Positions 16,289 through 25,813 of a stretch of 53,691 bases of DNA are shown in pieces. A program made the translations under genes and the position numbers. The number at the start of each line of letters is the position of its first letter. Position 1 is the stretch's first letter. The notes beneath the pieces are model-generated. The model did not search any database, had not been told where the DNA came from, and saw only the letters and a list, made by a program, of their open reading frames with translations. The DNA is from a virus (lineage: Duplodnaviria; Caudoviricetes), in IMG/VR virus record IMGVR_UViG_3300044580_000365, positions 1 through 53,691 of that record. The stretch is one strand, 5' to 3'.

Positions 16289-18616
16289 TTAATCAAAAGT
16301 TAATACGCCTTTTCCTGGAGATGATGGGGAGAACTCAAATTTAATCTGACCTTTCTTCAGAGCTTCGGAAATTTGAGCCCCTACGGATTCTCCTATTTGG
16401 GAAGCTATTACATCCCAATTTGGACCAGCTGCGGAACTTTCTTTAACGGCTTTACTCTTTTCTTGTATCCTTTCAGCTGTTGTTGCTGTTGCGGCAGCTC
16501 CCGAGGAAGATCCTCCCCCTGCACTAACAGAAATTGAAGCCAATTTAGAAAGTTTAGCAGTATCAAAATTATCAAGGCTTACAGATAAATCATTTAATGA
16601 TTTTGCTAAGTCCCCAATAGTATCATTTGCCTTTTGAAGATTTCCTAGGGATTCAGAGAATTTAGATAATTCTTCAATAATATCGCTATATTTTTCTAAA
16701 GCTTTTTTAGCATCCTTTGGAGTTGATTTTTCTAGTCCTGTTGACAAAGTATCAGAGAATGTAGTAAGGGCTTTAACGATATTATTAGAAATAGTAGCCA
16801 TGGAAATAGTTTCCCCCGTTGGCTTTCCATCTTTATCTAAAACAGGTAATTCATTTTTCTCTCCGAATTCAGAGAATAATCGGACAACTTCAGAGAATTG
16901 AACAACTGCACCAAGAATACCATTTCTTCCAATAAGAGCTTTAGACATTCTTTTCATTCTTCTCTTTTGCCTTCCAGATATACCAGCTTCTTCGCCATCC
17001 CCGAATTCACTTTCGGATTTAGAGAATAATTGTTCAGAAAAATAAAGGAATGTTCCGATTATATTATCAACAACGGTTGTAGCTTTAACCTTCTTTCTTA
17101 TCTCATTTCCCTTATCATCATATTCTACATATCCAATTTCATTATTTTCTCCAAATTCAGCATATACTTTCATAGCATCTGCGAATTGGATAACTGCCGA
17201 AAGAATACCTCTTCTTCCAGTTAAAGCTCTACCCATTTTTCTGATTGCAGCAGCTTTTTGTTTTGTGAGGCCCTCTGTAGATTCTAATAATGCTGTTAAG
17301 AATGTAGAAATTGAATAGTTTATATTATCAGCAACTTTTGTAAGATTAACTTTTTCTCCAAATATTGGTTTTCCATTTGCATCATAGCCTTCAATAATTC
17401 TCATATTTTCTAATTCTGCAAAAGCACTAACAGCTTTGGCAAACATCGAAAGAGCTAAAGACATCGACATAAGAACGGCAACGCCTGCAAATATTTTAGC
17501 ACTATTTTTTATAAATTCTGTAACAGCTCCAAATCCTTTCTTTCCCCCTGTCATTACAGAAAGACCATCAAGCATTCCACCTAAAACTCCTCCGATAAGA
17601 TTTCCTAAAACTTCACGAATACTAACATCTTTTAATTCGTTAGCAACATTGATAATTTTTTTGATCATTAAAGAAAGAAGCCAGAAGGTTGCTCCCATTC
17701 CTAGAACAACCAATCCTCCTAATAATACTGGACCTGCCATTAAACTAAGAAGAGCAAATATGCCAGCAGCACCTAAAACAACCCCGCCAACAATAAGCAT
17801 GGATTTAAGAATGCTTCCGCCAGATTCCTTAGATAATATTTTTGGAATTAAAGACATAGATAATGCAAATGAAACTAATCCAAAAGCTAAGGCGGCTAAG
17901 CCAAGACCCATTTCAACTAATGTAAATGTTCCTTTTTTAATAAATTTATTGGCTAAGGCAAGAGTTCCAAACATTACTAATAATCCAAGAATAGTAACTC
18001 CTAAGAACATTAGAACATCCGTAGGCTTGGATAATTTTAATATCATTGCTGTTAATAACAATGATCCGGCAAAAGCAAGAATACCTAATCCTAAATATGC
18101 AAAGCTTAAGGAAATATCTTTTACAGGTTTAGAAATTTTAGTAAGAGCATTTCCAATTTTTTCAAATGTTTTTATAGCTCTGTCGATTCTACTTATACTT
18201 CCGGCTTCTCCTTTTTTCTCAAGAAATTCTACAAGAGTGTTTAAACCCGCAAGAGCTGCTCGGAGTTTTTTTTCTTTAATTCGACTCATAGAATCTAAGC
18301 CTTCGGCAAGTTTTGGAAGACCTGTTCCAAGATTATTTAAAGATTCTGATAAATCTTTTAGATTTTTTGCCCCTCCTTTTTTCTTATTAGCAATATCCAT
18401 CATTTGCTCAACAAAAGAAAAGAAATCTTTTATAGTTTTGGGTTTAACTCTTCCAAATCCAATTAAAGAAGGGCCAAGATTAGAAAGCATTGCTATTTTA
18501 TCCCTAACAGCTGCACCTGGCCCTGCTGGGGATGCAGGTTTTGATCCACGGGTATTTTCCTCAATTCGTCCAAGGGTTTTGAGAATCCCATATAAAAGTT
18601 CGTTAGCCTGCTGCAT
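16289..18616 (-). CDS. Tail tape measure protein
   Basis: 775 aa, Ala/Leu/Gly-rich helical sequence with a central hydrophobic region; lies downstream of the tube and chaperone genes. Confidence 0.75.
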   Translation of the reverse strand: MQQANELLYGILKTLGRIEENTRGSKPASPAGPGAAVRDKIAMLSNLGPSLIGFGRVKPKTIKDFFSFVEQMMDIANKKKGGAKNLKDLSESLNNLGTGLPKLAEGLDSMSRIKEKKLRAALAGLNTLVEFLEKKGEAGSISRIDRAIKTFEKIGNALTKISKPVKDISLSFAYLGLGILAFAGSLLLTAMILKLSKPTDVLMFLGVTILGLLVMFGTLALANKFIKKGTFTLVEMGLGLAALAFGLVSFALSMSLIPKILSKESGGSILKSMLIVGGVVLGAAGIFALLSLMAGPVLLGGLVVLGMGATFWLLSLMIKKIINVANELKDVSIREVLGNLIGGVLGGMLDGLSVMTGGKKGFGAVTEFIKNSAKIFAGVAVLMSMSLALSMFAKAVSAFAELENMRIIEGYDANGKPIFGEKVNLTKVADNINYSISTFLTALLESTEGLTKQKAAAIRKMGRALTGRRGILSAVIQFADAMKVYAEFGENNEIGYVEYDDKGNEIRKKVKATTVVDNIIGTFLYFSEQLFSKSESEFGDGEEAGISGRQKRRMKRMSKALIGRNGILGAVVQFSEVVRLFSEFGEKNELPVLDKDGKPTGETISMATISNNIVKALTTFSDTLSTGLEKSTPKDAKKALEKYSDIIEELSKFSESLGNLQKANDTIGDLAKSLNDLSVSLDNFDTAKLSKLASISVSAGGGSSSGAAATATTAERIQEKSKAVKESSAAGPNWDVIASQIGESVGAQISEALKKGQIKFEFSPSSPGKGVLTFD

Positions 18617-18629
18617 TTATTTGTAGAGA

Positions 18630-18644
18630 TTTTATTTATATATC
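18630..18644 (-). promoter_or_regulatory. T4-like late promoter (GATATATAAATAAAA)
   Basis: Contains TATAAATA; an identical 15-mer occurs at 23124-23138. Confidence 0.7.
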
Positions 18645-18654
18645 TCCAGCAAAG

Positions 18655-18680
18655 AAAAAAGGTGCAGAACTGCACCTTTT
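18655..18680 (-). terminator. Intrinsic terminator
   Basis: AAAAGGTGCAG-aa-CTGCACCTTTT hairpin with a U-tract on the minus strand. Confidence 0.7.
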
Positions 18681-18999
18681 AAAATTTAGGTTTAGGCATA
18701 GAAGGAATATTCATTTTTGGAACCTTAAATCCCCCATAATCTGGCTTATCGTGGGATCTAGGCATTTTTGCTGCAGCCTGTTGTTTTTTATATTCTTCTT
18801 CTTGCTGCTTAATTCTTTTTTCCTCTTCTTTATTAGCTTCTTCTAGTTCTTGCAAAATATATTCAATTTCAAAAAATTCCATCGGATATAAATGAATCGG
18901 AGCTATATGAAATCTATTGGCAAAGATATATTCTATCTTAACCCAATTTAGAAAACGGATCTGAAATAAGGAAAATAGATTTAATTCCTCCCTGAAAGT
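18679..18999 (-). CDS. Tail assembly chaperone C-terminal ORF (probably reached by frameshift from 18938..19867)
   Basis: The frame is open from 18999 (TFREELNLFSLFQIRFLNWVKIEYIFANRFHIAPIHLYPMEFFEIEYIL...), 39 codons before the annotated ATG at 18882, and overlaps the upstream gene. Confidence 0.55.
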   Translation of the reverse strand, partial: TFREELNLFSLFQIRFLNWVKIEYIFANRFHIAPIHLYPMEFFEIEYILQELEEANKEEEKRIKQQEEEYKKQQAAAKMPRSHDKPDYGGFKVPKMNIPSMPKPKF

Positions 19000-19867
19000 T
19001 TAGCGGGATAACCCGCTCCCCTCCATTCTTATCTTTGTATTTTAAAACAGGATTAATAGTTTCAGAAAAAATCTTCTTTACTTCTGTAAGAACCGAATAC
19101 TCTTCAGCAGACCAGCTATTTGAATCAAGGACGAATTTTTCATAAGAAGAATCGTTTAGCCCTCTCCAATCACCAATAACAAAAGGAGCATATCCTACAA
19201 AATCCTCATCAAGCGGTTCTCCAGCTTGTCTTTTACGGTTAATATAGTTTTTAAGCCAATTTGTTACCCCTGCAGAAGGTAGGAAAACTCTTACTTTTTT
19301 ACCACTATTTTTAAATGGCAAAATAATACATCTTTCTTCAGGAGAATAAAATCTCATTACCCTATCATCAAAGGTAATATAATCCACCATATCCTTAACA
19401 ATATCGATTTTTTCTGTTTCAGATACTTTAGCTTGAAGTTTATTGTCCCCTTTTACGAAAGTTCTTTCTCTTATTGCAAGAATAATATAAAATCTATCTA
19501 CTTCTTTTATATCTCTCCAAGAAGAAAATTTACCATCCGGGAATTTTAAACTGCAACATCTCTCAAGAACATAGTTAAGCATGTCATCGAGAGCAAATAT
19601 ATCATCTTCATTAAGAGTTGACCAGTGTCTTATTTCCCCAGCAGTAGCTGAACGAATTACTATTTCTGTCCCTTCAGGATAAAATAATCCTTGAGTAGGA
19701 AGATCTGTTATTTTTAATCTTTCCCATCCAAGTTCATTTTGAGGATCTCTTGACTGAGCCATTGGAATAGGATTGGCTCCACCCGGTATTGGAGTAATAG
19801 GAGGACCTACTCTTCCTTCTTTTTCTTCAGCAAATTGTTTTAATTTTTCCTCGTTATTCTGATCCAT
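18938..19867 (-). CDS. Baseplate hub / tail assembly chaperone (T4 gp26/gp51-like)
   Basis: LPTQGLFYPEG..IRSATAGEI and DRFYIILAIRERT motifs; lies between tube and tape measure. Confidence 0.7.
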   Translation of the reverse strand: MDQNNEEKLKQFAEEKEGRVGPPITPIPGGANPIPMAQSRDPQNELGWERLKITDLPTQGLFYPEGTEIVIRSATAGEIRHWSTLNEDDIFALDDMLNYVLERCCSLKFPDGKFSSWRDIKEVDRFYIILAIRERTFVKGDNKLQAKVSETEKIDIVKDMVDYITFDDRVMRFYSPEERCIILPFKNSGKKVRVFLPSAGVTNWLKNYINRKRQAGEPLDEDFVGYAPFVIGDWRGLNDSSYEKFVLDSNSWSAEEYSVLTEVKKIFSETINPVLKYKDKNGGERVIPLNFQGGIKSIFLISDPFSKLG

Positions 19868-19902
19868 AATTTTATAGAGTTTATACGATTTATCTATATA
19901 TT

Positions 19903-19930
19903 ATTATAGAGCAAAAAACTTAATAGTTTT
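19903..19930 (-). promoter_or_regulatory. Class A promoter candidate AAAACTA-N15-TATAAT
   Basis: Exact motif upstream of 19867. Confidence 0.6.
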
Positions 19931-19934
19931 AAAC

Positions 19935-19960
19935 AAAAAAGAGGGCTTTTGGCCCTCTTT
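19935..19960 (-). terminator. Intrinsic terminator after the tail tube gene
   Basis: AAAGAGGGC-caaaa-GCCCTCTTTTTT on the minus strand. Confidence 0.75.
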
Positions 19961-19980
19961 CCTTATAATTTTAAAAATAA

Positions 19981-20580
19981 TTAAACAATTGTTTCATCCC
20001 AAGAATCGCAAGCAAGTGTATATCCTTCAATCCTATAAATTTCTTCACTCATGTAATTTATTTCAGGTACATTGAGAGGAGTTATTGGGAATACATTATA
20101 AAGTTTCCACTGCCAGTAAGGATTATTAGCTCTGTCATAAAGAGTAATTAATACCCAAGGAGCTACATAATCCGCTTTAATACCAGTTCTTCCAGTTAGA
20201 GGATCATAAACTAAATCATTCCATTTTCTGAGAGTTTTTAGAACATAAGCACTTGGAGTACGATTTAAGTTCACTTCAAAAGAGAGAGCAACGTCCATCG
20301 TAGTCTTGTCAGGCTTAGCTCCAGCAAATCTCCTAGTTGCCCACTTATACTGCTGTGGAACAGGAGTTGTTGGGAATGAGTTGGATTCCAATCCACCTAT
20401 ACTTATAATATTTTCAAGAAGAAGATTCGTATTTTCATCTGTTGAACCAATGCCTGTTGGAAGAGCAATCTGAACAGTAAAAAGGTTCAAGTAAAGAGGT
20501 TCGTAGAGTTCTTGTGCTGCTCTAGAACTTCTCCAGTGAGGCATTCCGAATGTTCCTTGACTTTTGAAATTTTCAGCCAT
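19981..20580 (-). CDS. Tail tube protein (T4 gp19-like)
   Basis: Motifs YEPLYLNLF, RRFAG, LRKWNDLVYDPLTG..G.KADY and WKLYNVFP; directly follows the sheath gene. Confidence 0.85.
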   Translation of the reverse strand: MAENFKSQGTFGMPHWRSSRAAQELYEPLYLNLFTVQIALPTGIGSTDENTNLLLENIISIGGLESNSFPTTPVPQQYKWATRRFAGAKPDKTTMDVALSFEVNLNRTPSAYVLKTLRKWNDLVYDPLTGRTGIKADYVAPWVLITLYDRANNPYWQWKLYNVFPITPLNVPEINYMSEEIYRIEGYTLACDSWDETIV

Positions 20581-20611
20581 ATCGCGTTACTTTTATTTTA
20601 TTTATTCTCTA

Positions 20612-23047
20612 TTAAAGTGTACTGTTGCTGCCTGTGCTTACGCCGCCAGTTTTGTATACTGTAATTCTCTGAATAATTTTTTCCATTCCTTTAGTAACCC
20701 ATACGCCAATATCGATAATTGCAAGACCTTCATCAACGACATCTGGTGTGTTGTTTGATTCATCCATCGTGATCTGGTAATTAATAAGAGCTCCTGCATC
20801 TTTCATTGATTCAAGAATAGGAGTTACTGCATTTATGATAGTAAGACGAGTTACTGGGTTATTGAAATCGAATACGTAATTCTTAAGAACTTCTTCAACC
20901 TGTAGTTCAATTGTATTAAGAAGCTCTCTAACATGTAAGTAGTTGAAATCACTCTTTACAGTCTGATAAGCTGTTCTATTTGCATAGATAAGAACTTCAC
21001 CTGTTGATGTTCTCTCAATAATTGAGTTATATCCAAATGGTTCAAGATAGCTTCTATCTTCTTTGTCAAGCATATATTCTACACCTGCAAGATTAGGATT
21101 AGAAACGATACCATTTTTATTAGCTACGATAGCGTATGGATCACCTCCTAAGAATTTCCTTACAAAACTGTTTGAAATATCAGCAGCTGGTGGAACGAGG
21201 ATAACTTTATCATTCTCAGTATATTTTAAGAATGGTCCGAATACGCCTGCGAATTTTGATCCATTATCTTCATCTGGAAGAGTAAATCTGAAGCTTCTTG
21301 GCATATCAGGGTTACCTCCTACTGGAATATACTCAGTGCTGAAAATTGGTTTTGGATCTACCCCGCTAACGAATACATCGCAGAAGTAAGGATCCTGACT
21401 TGTTGCAAATTGAGTCATTGAAGGAGCACTAATAATAGCAGTAGTTTTGCCTCTCTTCTTAGCAAGTCTGGAAAGATAAACTTTACCTCCCAAATTAGGT
21501 CTAAGACCATAGGCCATTGTATCAACTACATATCTGTAGTTAATCATTTCTGGGTTAGTTAAACCTCTAAGAATTCCTTCATCTTCAAGCATTGAATAGA
21601 TCTTTTCAAGACCTTCTTCAGCGTTTGGTGTTCCTGTAGTTGTATATCCAGGAAGATGATTAGAAGTAAGTTTAAGACCGTCAAGTTGTAAAAATTTATA
21701 TGCTGTTGCTACAGAAGCGTCATCAATAGGTTTCTGGAGATAAGCAGAAGGTTCATTGCCTAAATAATTATAGATAGGTTCTGCTGTTTGGATAACATAT
21801 AAAGATCCATCGAAAGTTTTATTGGTTACATAAGTAACTCCAGGAATATCAGCGCCACTTCTTACAAGAGTTCCGATAGTTAAGAAATCTTTATAAGTAG
21901 GAGTAATTCTGAAGTTTTTACCAGTTGAATCAGTATAATCATAAACTGGAACTGAAGAGTGGATAACAGAATCAGATACACTAATATCATAGCTTAAGAA
22001 AGTAGATTTGAATCCAACTTTATCTATGATTCCGTGACCAACGAGATCAACCATGTGAGCTGCAACTGAAGTTGAAGTTCCATCTCCCATTTCCCACTGA
22101 TCCTGATCTTCATCCCAAATAAGCTGATCAAGAGCATCCTGGTTAACATTAACAAGAATTCCGGTTAAGGATACTGAAGCATTAACAATATCTTCAATAT
22201 TCTGATTAGCCCCAGTTTGATCTCTGAAATCAGGAATAAATGTTCCGATCCATGATCCAATTAAACTAACCTGAGGAAGATTTATAAATTCATTAAGTTT
22301 TGAAGGAATAACTCCGTTGGCGTTAAAATAAGCTGAGAAGAATGGATCTACAGAAAGACCTGTATAATTTGTCCAATCACCTTCGATAGCAATAACTTGG
22401 ATGAAATAGTTTTTCATTTGATCATAAGGACGAATCCATTCGTAAGGGATTGCAGTGGTTGAACCATACCAATCTTTTGCTGTAACATCATATCCCTGAA
22501 GTCCAACAGCTTTTCTTACAATAACGGAAACCCTCTTAGTTCCAACATTAGCTATCTGTAATAATGAAGTGCTTTCAGCAGAACCAGGAACCCCCTCTTT
22601 ATTTCCAGCTACTCCCAATAGATAGTCTGGATCTGGTTTCCAGAATCTTTCTCTATTATAGAAATTAATAAAAGCATCACTGAAAACACCAGGGTTTGCA
22701 GCAGAAGCATCTACAGAAAGAGAAACAAATTCTGAAAAATTTGTCGAAGAATTATCAACATTTAAAAGGTTAAGAGCAAATACGGGTGCTTGAAGTAAGC
22801 AAGTATCTATTGATCTCTGGAAGAAAGATCCTTTTTTCTCTAATTTCTTATCTATATCCCCAAAGAATCTAGCACGATCCCTGGTGGAACGAATGAAAGT
22901 AGGAGCATTAAAAGGCCCGATCTTTGAGAATCCAACTACTAATCTTAAAGACTGAGTTGTAACTGTAATTCTTTCAGACTGATCTACTTCGACTGTATAA
23001 ACACCAGCAGCTTTAAATTGGGATAGATCTAAAGAAAGTTTTGCCAT
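20612..23047 (-). CDS. Tail sheath protein (T4 gp18-like)
   Basis: Motifs AAGVYTVEVD, VGFSKIGPFNAP, LHVRELL, YVFDFN and MDESNNTPDVVD. Confidence 0.92.
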   Translation of the reverse strand: MAKLSLDLSQFKAAGVYTVEVDQSERITVTTQSLRLVVGFSKIGPFNAPTFIRSTRDRARFFGDIDKKLEKKGSFFQRSIDTCLLQAPVFALNLLNVDNSSTNFSEFVSLSVDASAANPGVFSDAFINFYNRERFWKPDPDYLLGVAGNKEGVPGSAESTSLLQIANVGTKRVSVIVRKAVGLQGYDVTAKDWYGSTTAIPYEWIRPYDQMKNYFIQVIAIEGDWTNYTGLSVDPFFSAYFNANGVIPSKLNEFINLPQVSLIGSWIGTFIPDFRDQTGANQNIEDIVNASVSLTGILVNVNQDALDQLIWDEDQDQWEMGDGTSTSVAAHMVDLVGHGIIDKVGFKSTFLSYDISVSDSVIHSSVPVYDYTDSTGKNFRITPTYKDFLTIGTLVRSGADIPGVTYVTNKTFDGSLYVIQTAEPIYNYLGNEPSAYLQKPIDDASVATAYKFLQLDGLKLTSNHLPGYTTTGTPNAEEGLEKIYSMLEDEGILRGLTNPEMINYRYVVDTMAYGLRPNLGGKVYLSRLAKKRGKTTAIISAPSMTQFATSQDPYFCDVFVSGVDPKPIFSTEYIPVGGNPDMPRSFRFTLPDEDNGSKFAGVFGPFLKYTENDKVILVPPAADISNSFVRKFLGGDPYAIVANKNGIVSNPNLAGVEYMLDKEDRSYLEPFGYNSIIERTSTGEVLIYANRTAYQTVKSDFNYLHVRELLNTIELQVEEVLKNYVFDFNNPVTRLTIINAVTPILESMKDAGALINYQITMDESNNTPDVVDEGLAIIDIGVWVTKGMEKIIQRITVYKTGGVSTGSNSTL

Positions 23048-23123
23048 ATTATTTCATTTATTTTTATTATTTATTCGTCAAAAATTTAAGGAAAATCTAC
23101 TTTCTGACTTTTCAAATAATGTC

Positions 23124-23138
23124 TTTTATTTATATATC
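23124..23138 (-). promoter_or_regulatory. T4-like late promoter (GATATATAAATAAAA)
   Basis: TATAAATA core upstream of the sheath gene; identical to 18630-18644. Confidence 0.7.
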
Positions 23139-23167
23139 ATAGAATGAAAAACCCCGCTTTAACTTTT

Positions 23168-25120
23168 TCACCATGGCAAACCTCCACCTTTCCATGGAAC
23201 CCCTCCATAATTAGAAGCTCTACTTTTTTCACCTTGTAACCATATCTTTTTTAATTCCTCCTGTTCAGCTGTAATCGCATCGGGATTTTCATAAAATGCA
23301 GAAAAAGTACTGTCATTTAAATCCTGACTATCATCCGGCTCCTCAAGGATAGCTAACATAAATCTTTTAATTAGTGAATCAGGCATATCTTCCAAAAAAT
23401 CATATAGCCAATCTTCATATTCAGGCTCTTCATAAAATCTAGAAAGATTAAGAACTGTCATAACAGCATCGTCATGTTTAGCAATTCCTTTATATCCTGA
23501 TTTAGTTTTTCCAAAAGAGCCAAATTCACTTATTGTTGATTTTTCGCTAGGTAAAATAGTTCTTTGAGATATTAATTTTTTTCCTAATTTGCAAAAATAA
23601 TCTTTATCTTGTTTTTGTTTAAATCCTGCTTTTTTTCTTGGTGGTTTTTCCCCAGGAACAGGAGCAGTATGATAAGAGTGCATTACCATTCCTTCAAAAT
23701 AATCATCATGCTCAGCAATTTTATTTAAAAAAGCTTTTCCGTTAAAATTCATTTCGGTAACCCATTTAACTGCTTCTGGATTAAAATGATCAAAAGCTAA
23801 AGCATTATTTACTTTTGCCATAACCTCTTCATCCCCGATATTATCTCGAAATATACCAACCTGTTTTATTCTGAAAAGATTTTTTATTGTTCTTTCATCT
23901 TTTCTTAATTTTCTTAATTTGGCTAGAGATTTCGGTTCAATTTGCCAAATTGTGGTAATATTATAGTCATTATCTTTATTTTCATCTTCGTCTTTCCCCT
24001 CCGCAATATCATTAGATAAAATAAAACGATAAAGGTTTAAAGGAAAATCATCATTAGGATCAAAATCTGGATGCCATAATAGATTATCTCTATAAAGTAT
24101 TTCATCCAAAGAAGATTTTTCTAATTCATGGAATTTATATTTCTTTTGTATTTTCTTTAACCACCCAAGATCACTCCCCGATAAAAGAAGGTTACTTTTT
24201 CTATCAAATGAAAGCTCATATTCCTGAGCAAATTCTTCTTCTCCAAAGTCTGCTTTTTGTTTTTCAGCCCATTCATCATCATGTCCAGGAACCTCCCAAT
24301 AATCCACTCGTTTCCAAGCAAAACTATTTTTCCCCTTAACAGCTTTATCCCATATTTCATAGAATAGGTTTTCCATTCCATCTGGGGTAGAAGAAATAAT
24401 ACATTGGGATACTCGAGAAGATGAGAGTGTAGGATAAACAGATCTCCAGAATGAGCGAGCCAATTTTTGATTAATGTGAGCAAACTCGTCAATGTATAAT
24501 ACATGGATTGTAAAACCGATAGCTGCCGTACTCGTTGTTGCTTGGGATGTTAACATACATCCATTATCGAGTTTCAAACCCAAAACTGCAATTTGTTTTA
24601 TACCTGGTTTAAGAAAGAATGGAAGACCCCTGAAAACATCAACTACTTTTGCTACGATTTCTGTTGTTGTAGCTTGTTTGTTAGCAAGAATAAGAAGATT
24701 TCTATCTGTATGAAAGCAAAGATACCAAGCAAAGAAAGCCGAAATAGTTGTTGTCTTACCAGTCTGGCGAGAGGCCATCAAAATATAATTTCGTACTTTA
24801 GGACCAAAATCTTCTAAATCATTTATCCAAACCTCTTCGCCAACGGTATTTAAAATATCTCTTTGGAAATCCCTTAAAGTAACAGTCTGCCTTCCGTAGT
24901 CAGTTAAGAATCGACAATATTTTTCTACAAAATATTCTATATCTTGAGAACATTTTATAAATTCTTGTTCTTCTTCGTGAGTTAATTGAAAAAGAATATT
25001 ATCAGCTTTTAATTCTGGATCTCTTTGATGAAAACAGTCTAGATTAACATCCGCTCCATACCTAAGTTTTTCAAGAGCTTCATTGACTATTTCAGTGTTC
25101 CATACAATATTTTGTGCCAT
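23168..25120 (-). CDS. Terminase large subunit (T4 gp17-like)
   Basis: Walker A ASRQTGKTT, Walker B LYIDEFAHI, motif III ISSTPDG, FAQEY, and nuclease motifs DIAEG and HDDAVM. Confidence 0.95.
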   Translation of the reverse strand: MAQNIVWNTEIVNEALEKLRYGADVNLDCFHQRDPELKADNILFQLTHEEEQEFIKCSQDIEYFVEKYCRFLTDYGRQTVTLRDFQRDILNTVGEEVWINDLEDFGPKVRNYILMASRQTGKTTTISAFFAWYLCFHTDRNLLILANKQATTTEIVAKVVDVFRGLPFFLKPGIKQIAVLGLKLDNGCMLTSQATTSTAAIGFTIHVLYIDEFAHINQKLARSFWRSVYPTLSSSRVSQCIISSTPDGMENLFYEIWDKAVKGKNSFAWKRVDYWEVPGHDDEWAEKQKADFGEEEFAQEYELSFDRKSNLLLSGSDLGWLKKIQKKYKFHELEKSSLDEILYRDNLLWHPDFDPNDDFPLNLYRFILSNDIAEGKDEDENKDNDYNITTIWQIEPKSLAKLRKLRKDERTIKNLFRIKQVGIFRDNIGDEEVMAKVNNALAFDHFNPEAVKWVTEMNFNGKAFLNKIAEHDDYFEGMVMHSYHTAPVPGEKPPRKKAGFKQKQDKDYFCKLGKKLISQRTILPSEKSTISEFGSFGKTKSGYKGIAKHDDAVMTVLNLSRFYEEPEYEDWLYDFLEDMPDSLIKRFMLAILEEPDDSQDLNDSTFSAFYENPDAITAEQEELKKIWLQGEKSRASNYGGVPWKGGGLPW

Positions 25121-25147
25121 TTTTAACGGATCTTTAACATATATACC

Positions 25148-25807
25148 TTATTCCGTTTTTATCTCTTCAATATCTTGAACATTTTGATCTCCTTTTATAA
25201 TGACAACTTGGTCATTTTGAGCAGCTTTTAATCTTTTTGTTTCATTAATTAATTCTTTTGTTCCAAGAGCTACAAGACCTTTATCATTCCTAACCATTCC
25301 ATTTTGACCAGGCCCAATTGCTCTTAATTCATTCTGCTTTTCTTGTACATCGAATCTAATATCCTTATAGGTGGCTTTTATTGCTTCTACGGTTTGTAGG
25401 AGTTGTTTATTTAAGTCCCCGATGGTCTTGCTAAGTTGACCAAAGACCTCAAACATGCGTGGGTGTGCGGCTCCGCTACGTACTTCCTCCATGAGGGTCT
25501 TTTGCATAGTTTCATTTACCTTTAATTGATAAAGCATACCAGAAAGGGAAAGAATATCAACTTGCATTTTATTTTTAAGATACGGATTTTGCTTAATTAT
25601 TTCATCGGTAAGCATAAATCCCGTAGCATTCTTAATCATTTTTTTGGCTTTCGAATCACAGTCTTTTTGTAATTTATCAAAATCGAGATCAAAAGTAGGT
25701 TCCATGGCGAGCTCTGGGGCATCAAACTTTGGAGTATTTTTATCAAGTTTGTTGTCCGCAGCGTCGATCATCCTCTGCAATTCATCTTTTTCGTCACGAG
25801 CGTTCAT
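25148..25807 (-). CDS. Terminase small subunit (T4 gp16-like)
   Basis: HPRMFEVFGQL motif; immediately upstream of TerL. Confidence 0.75.
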   Translation of the reverse strand: MNARDEKDELQRMIDAADNKLDKNTPKFDAPELAMEPTFDLDFDKLQKDCDSKAKKMIKNATGFMLTDEIIKQNPYLKNKMQVDILSLSGMLYQLKVNETMQKTLMEEVRSGAAHPRMFEVFGQLSKTIGDLNKQLLQTVEAIKATYKDIRFDVQEKQNELRAIGPGQNGMVRNDKGLVALGTKELINETKRLKAAQNDQVVIIKGDQNVQDIEEIKTE

Positions 25808-25813
25808 ATAATA

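Noticed and set aside
17436-18626. 396-aa + strand ORF antisense to the tape measure gene
   Set aside because: Shadow ORF fully overlapping a well-supported gene, with atypical composition and no recognisable motifs
23168-25120. Intein or intron in the terminase
   Set aside because: Continuous 650-aa ORF with normal motif spacing and no intein signatures
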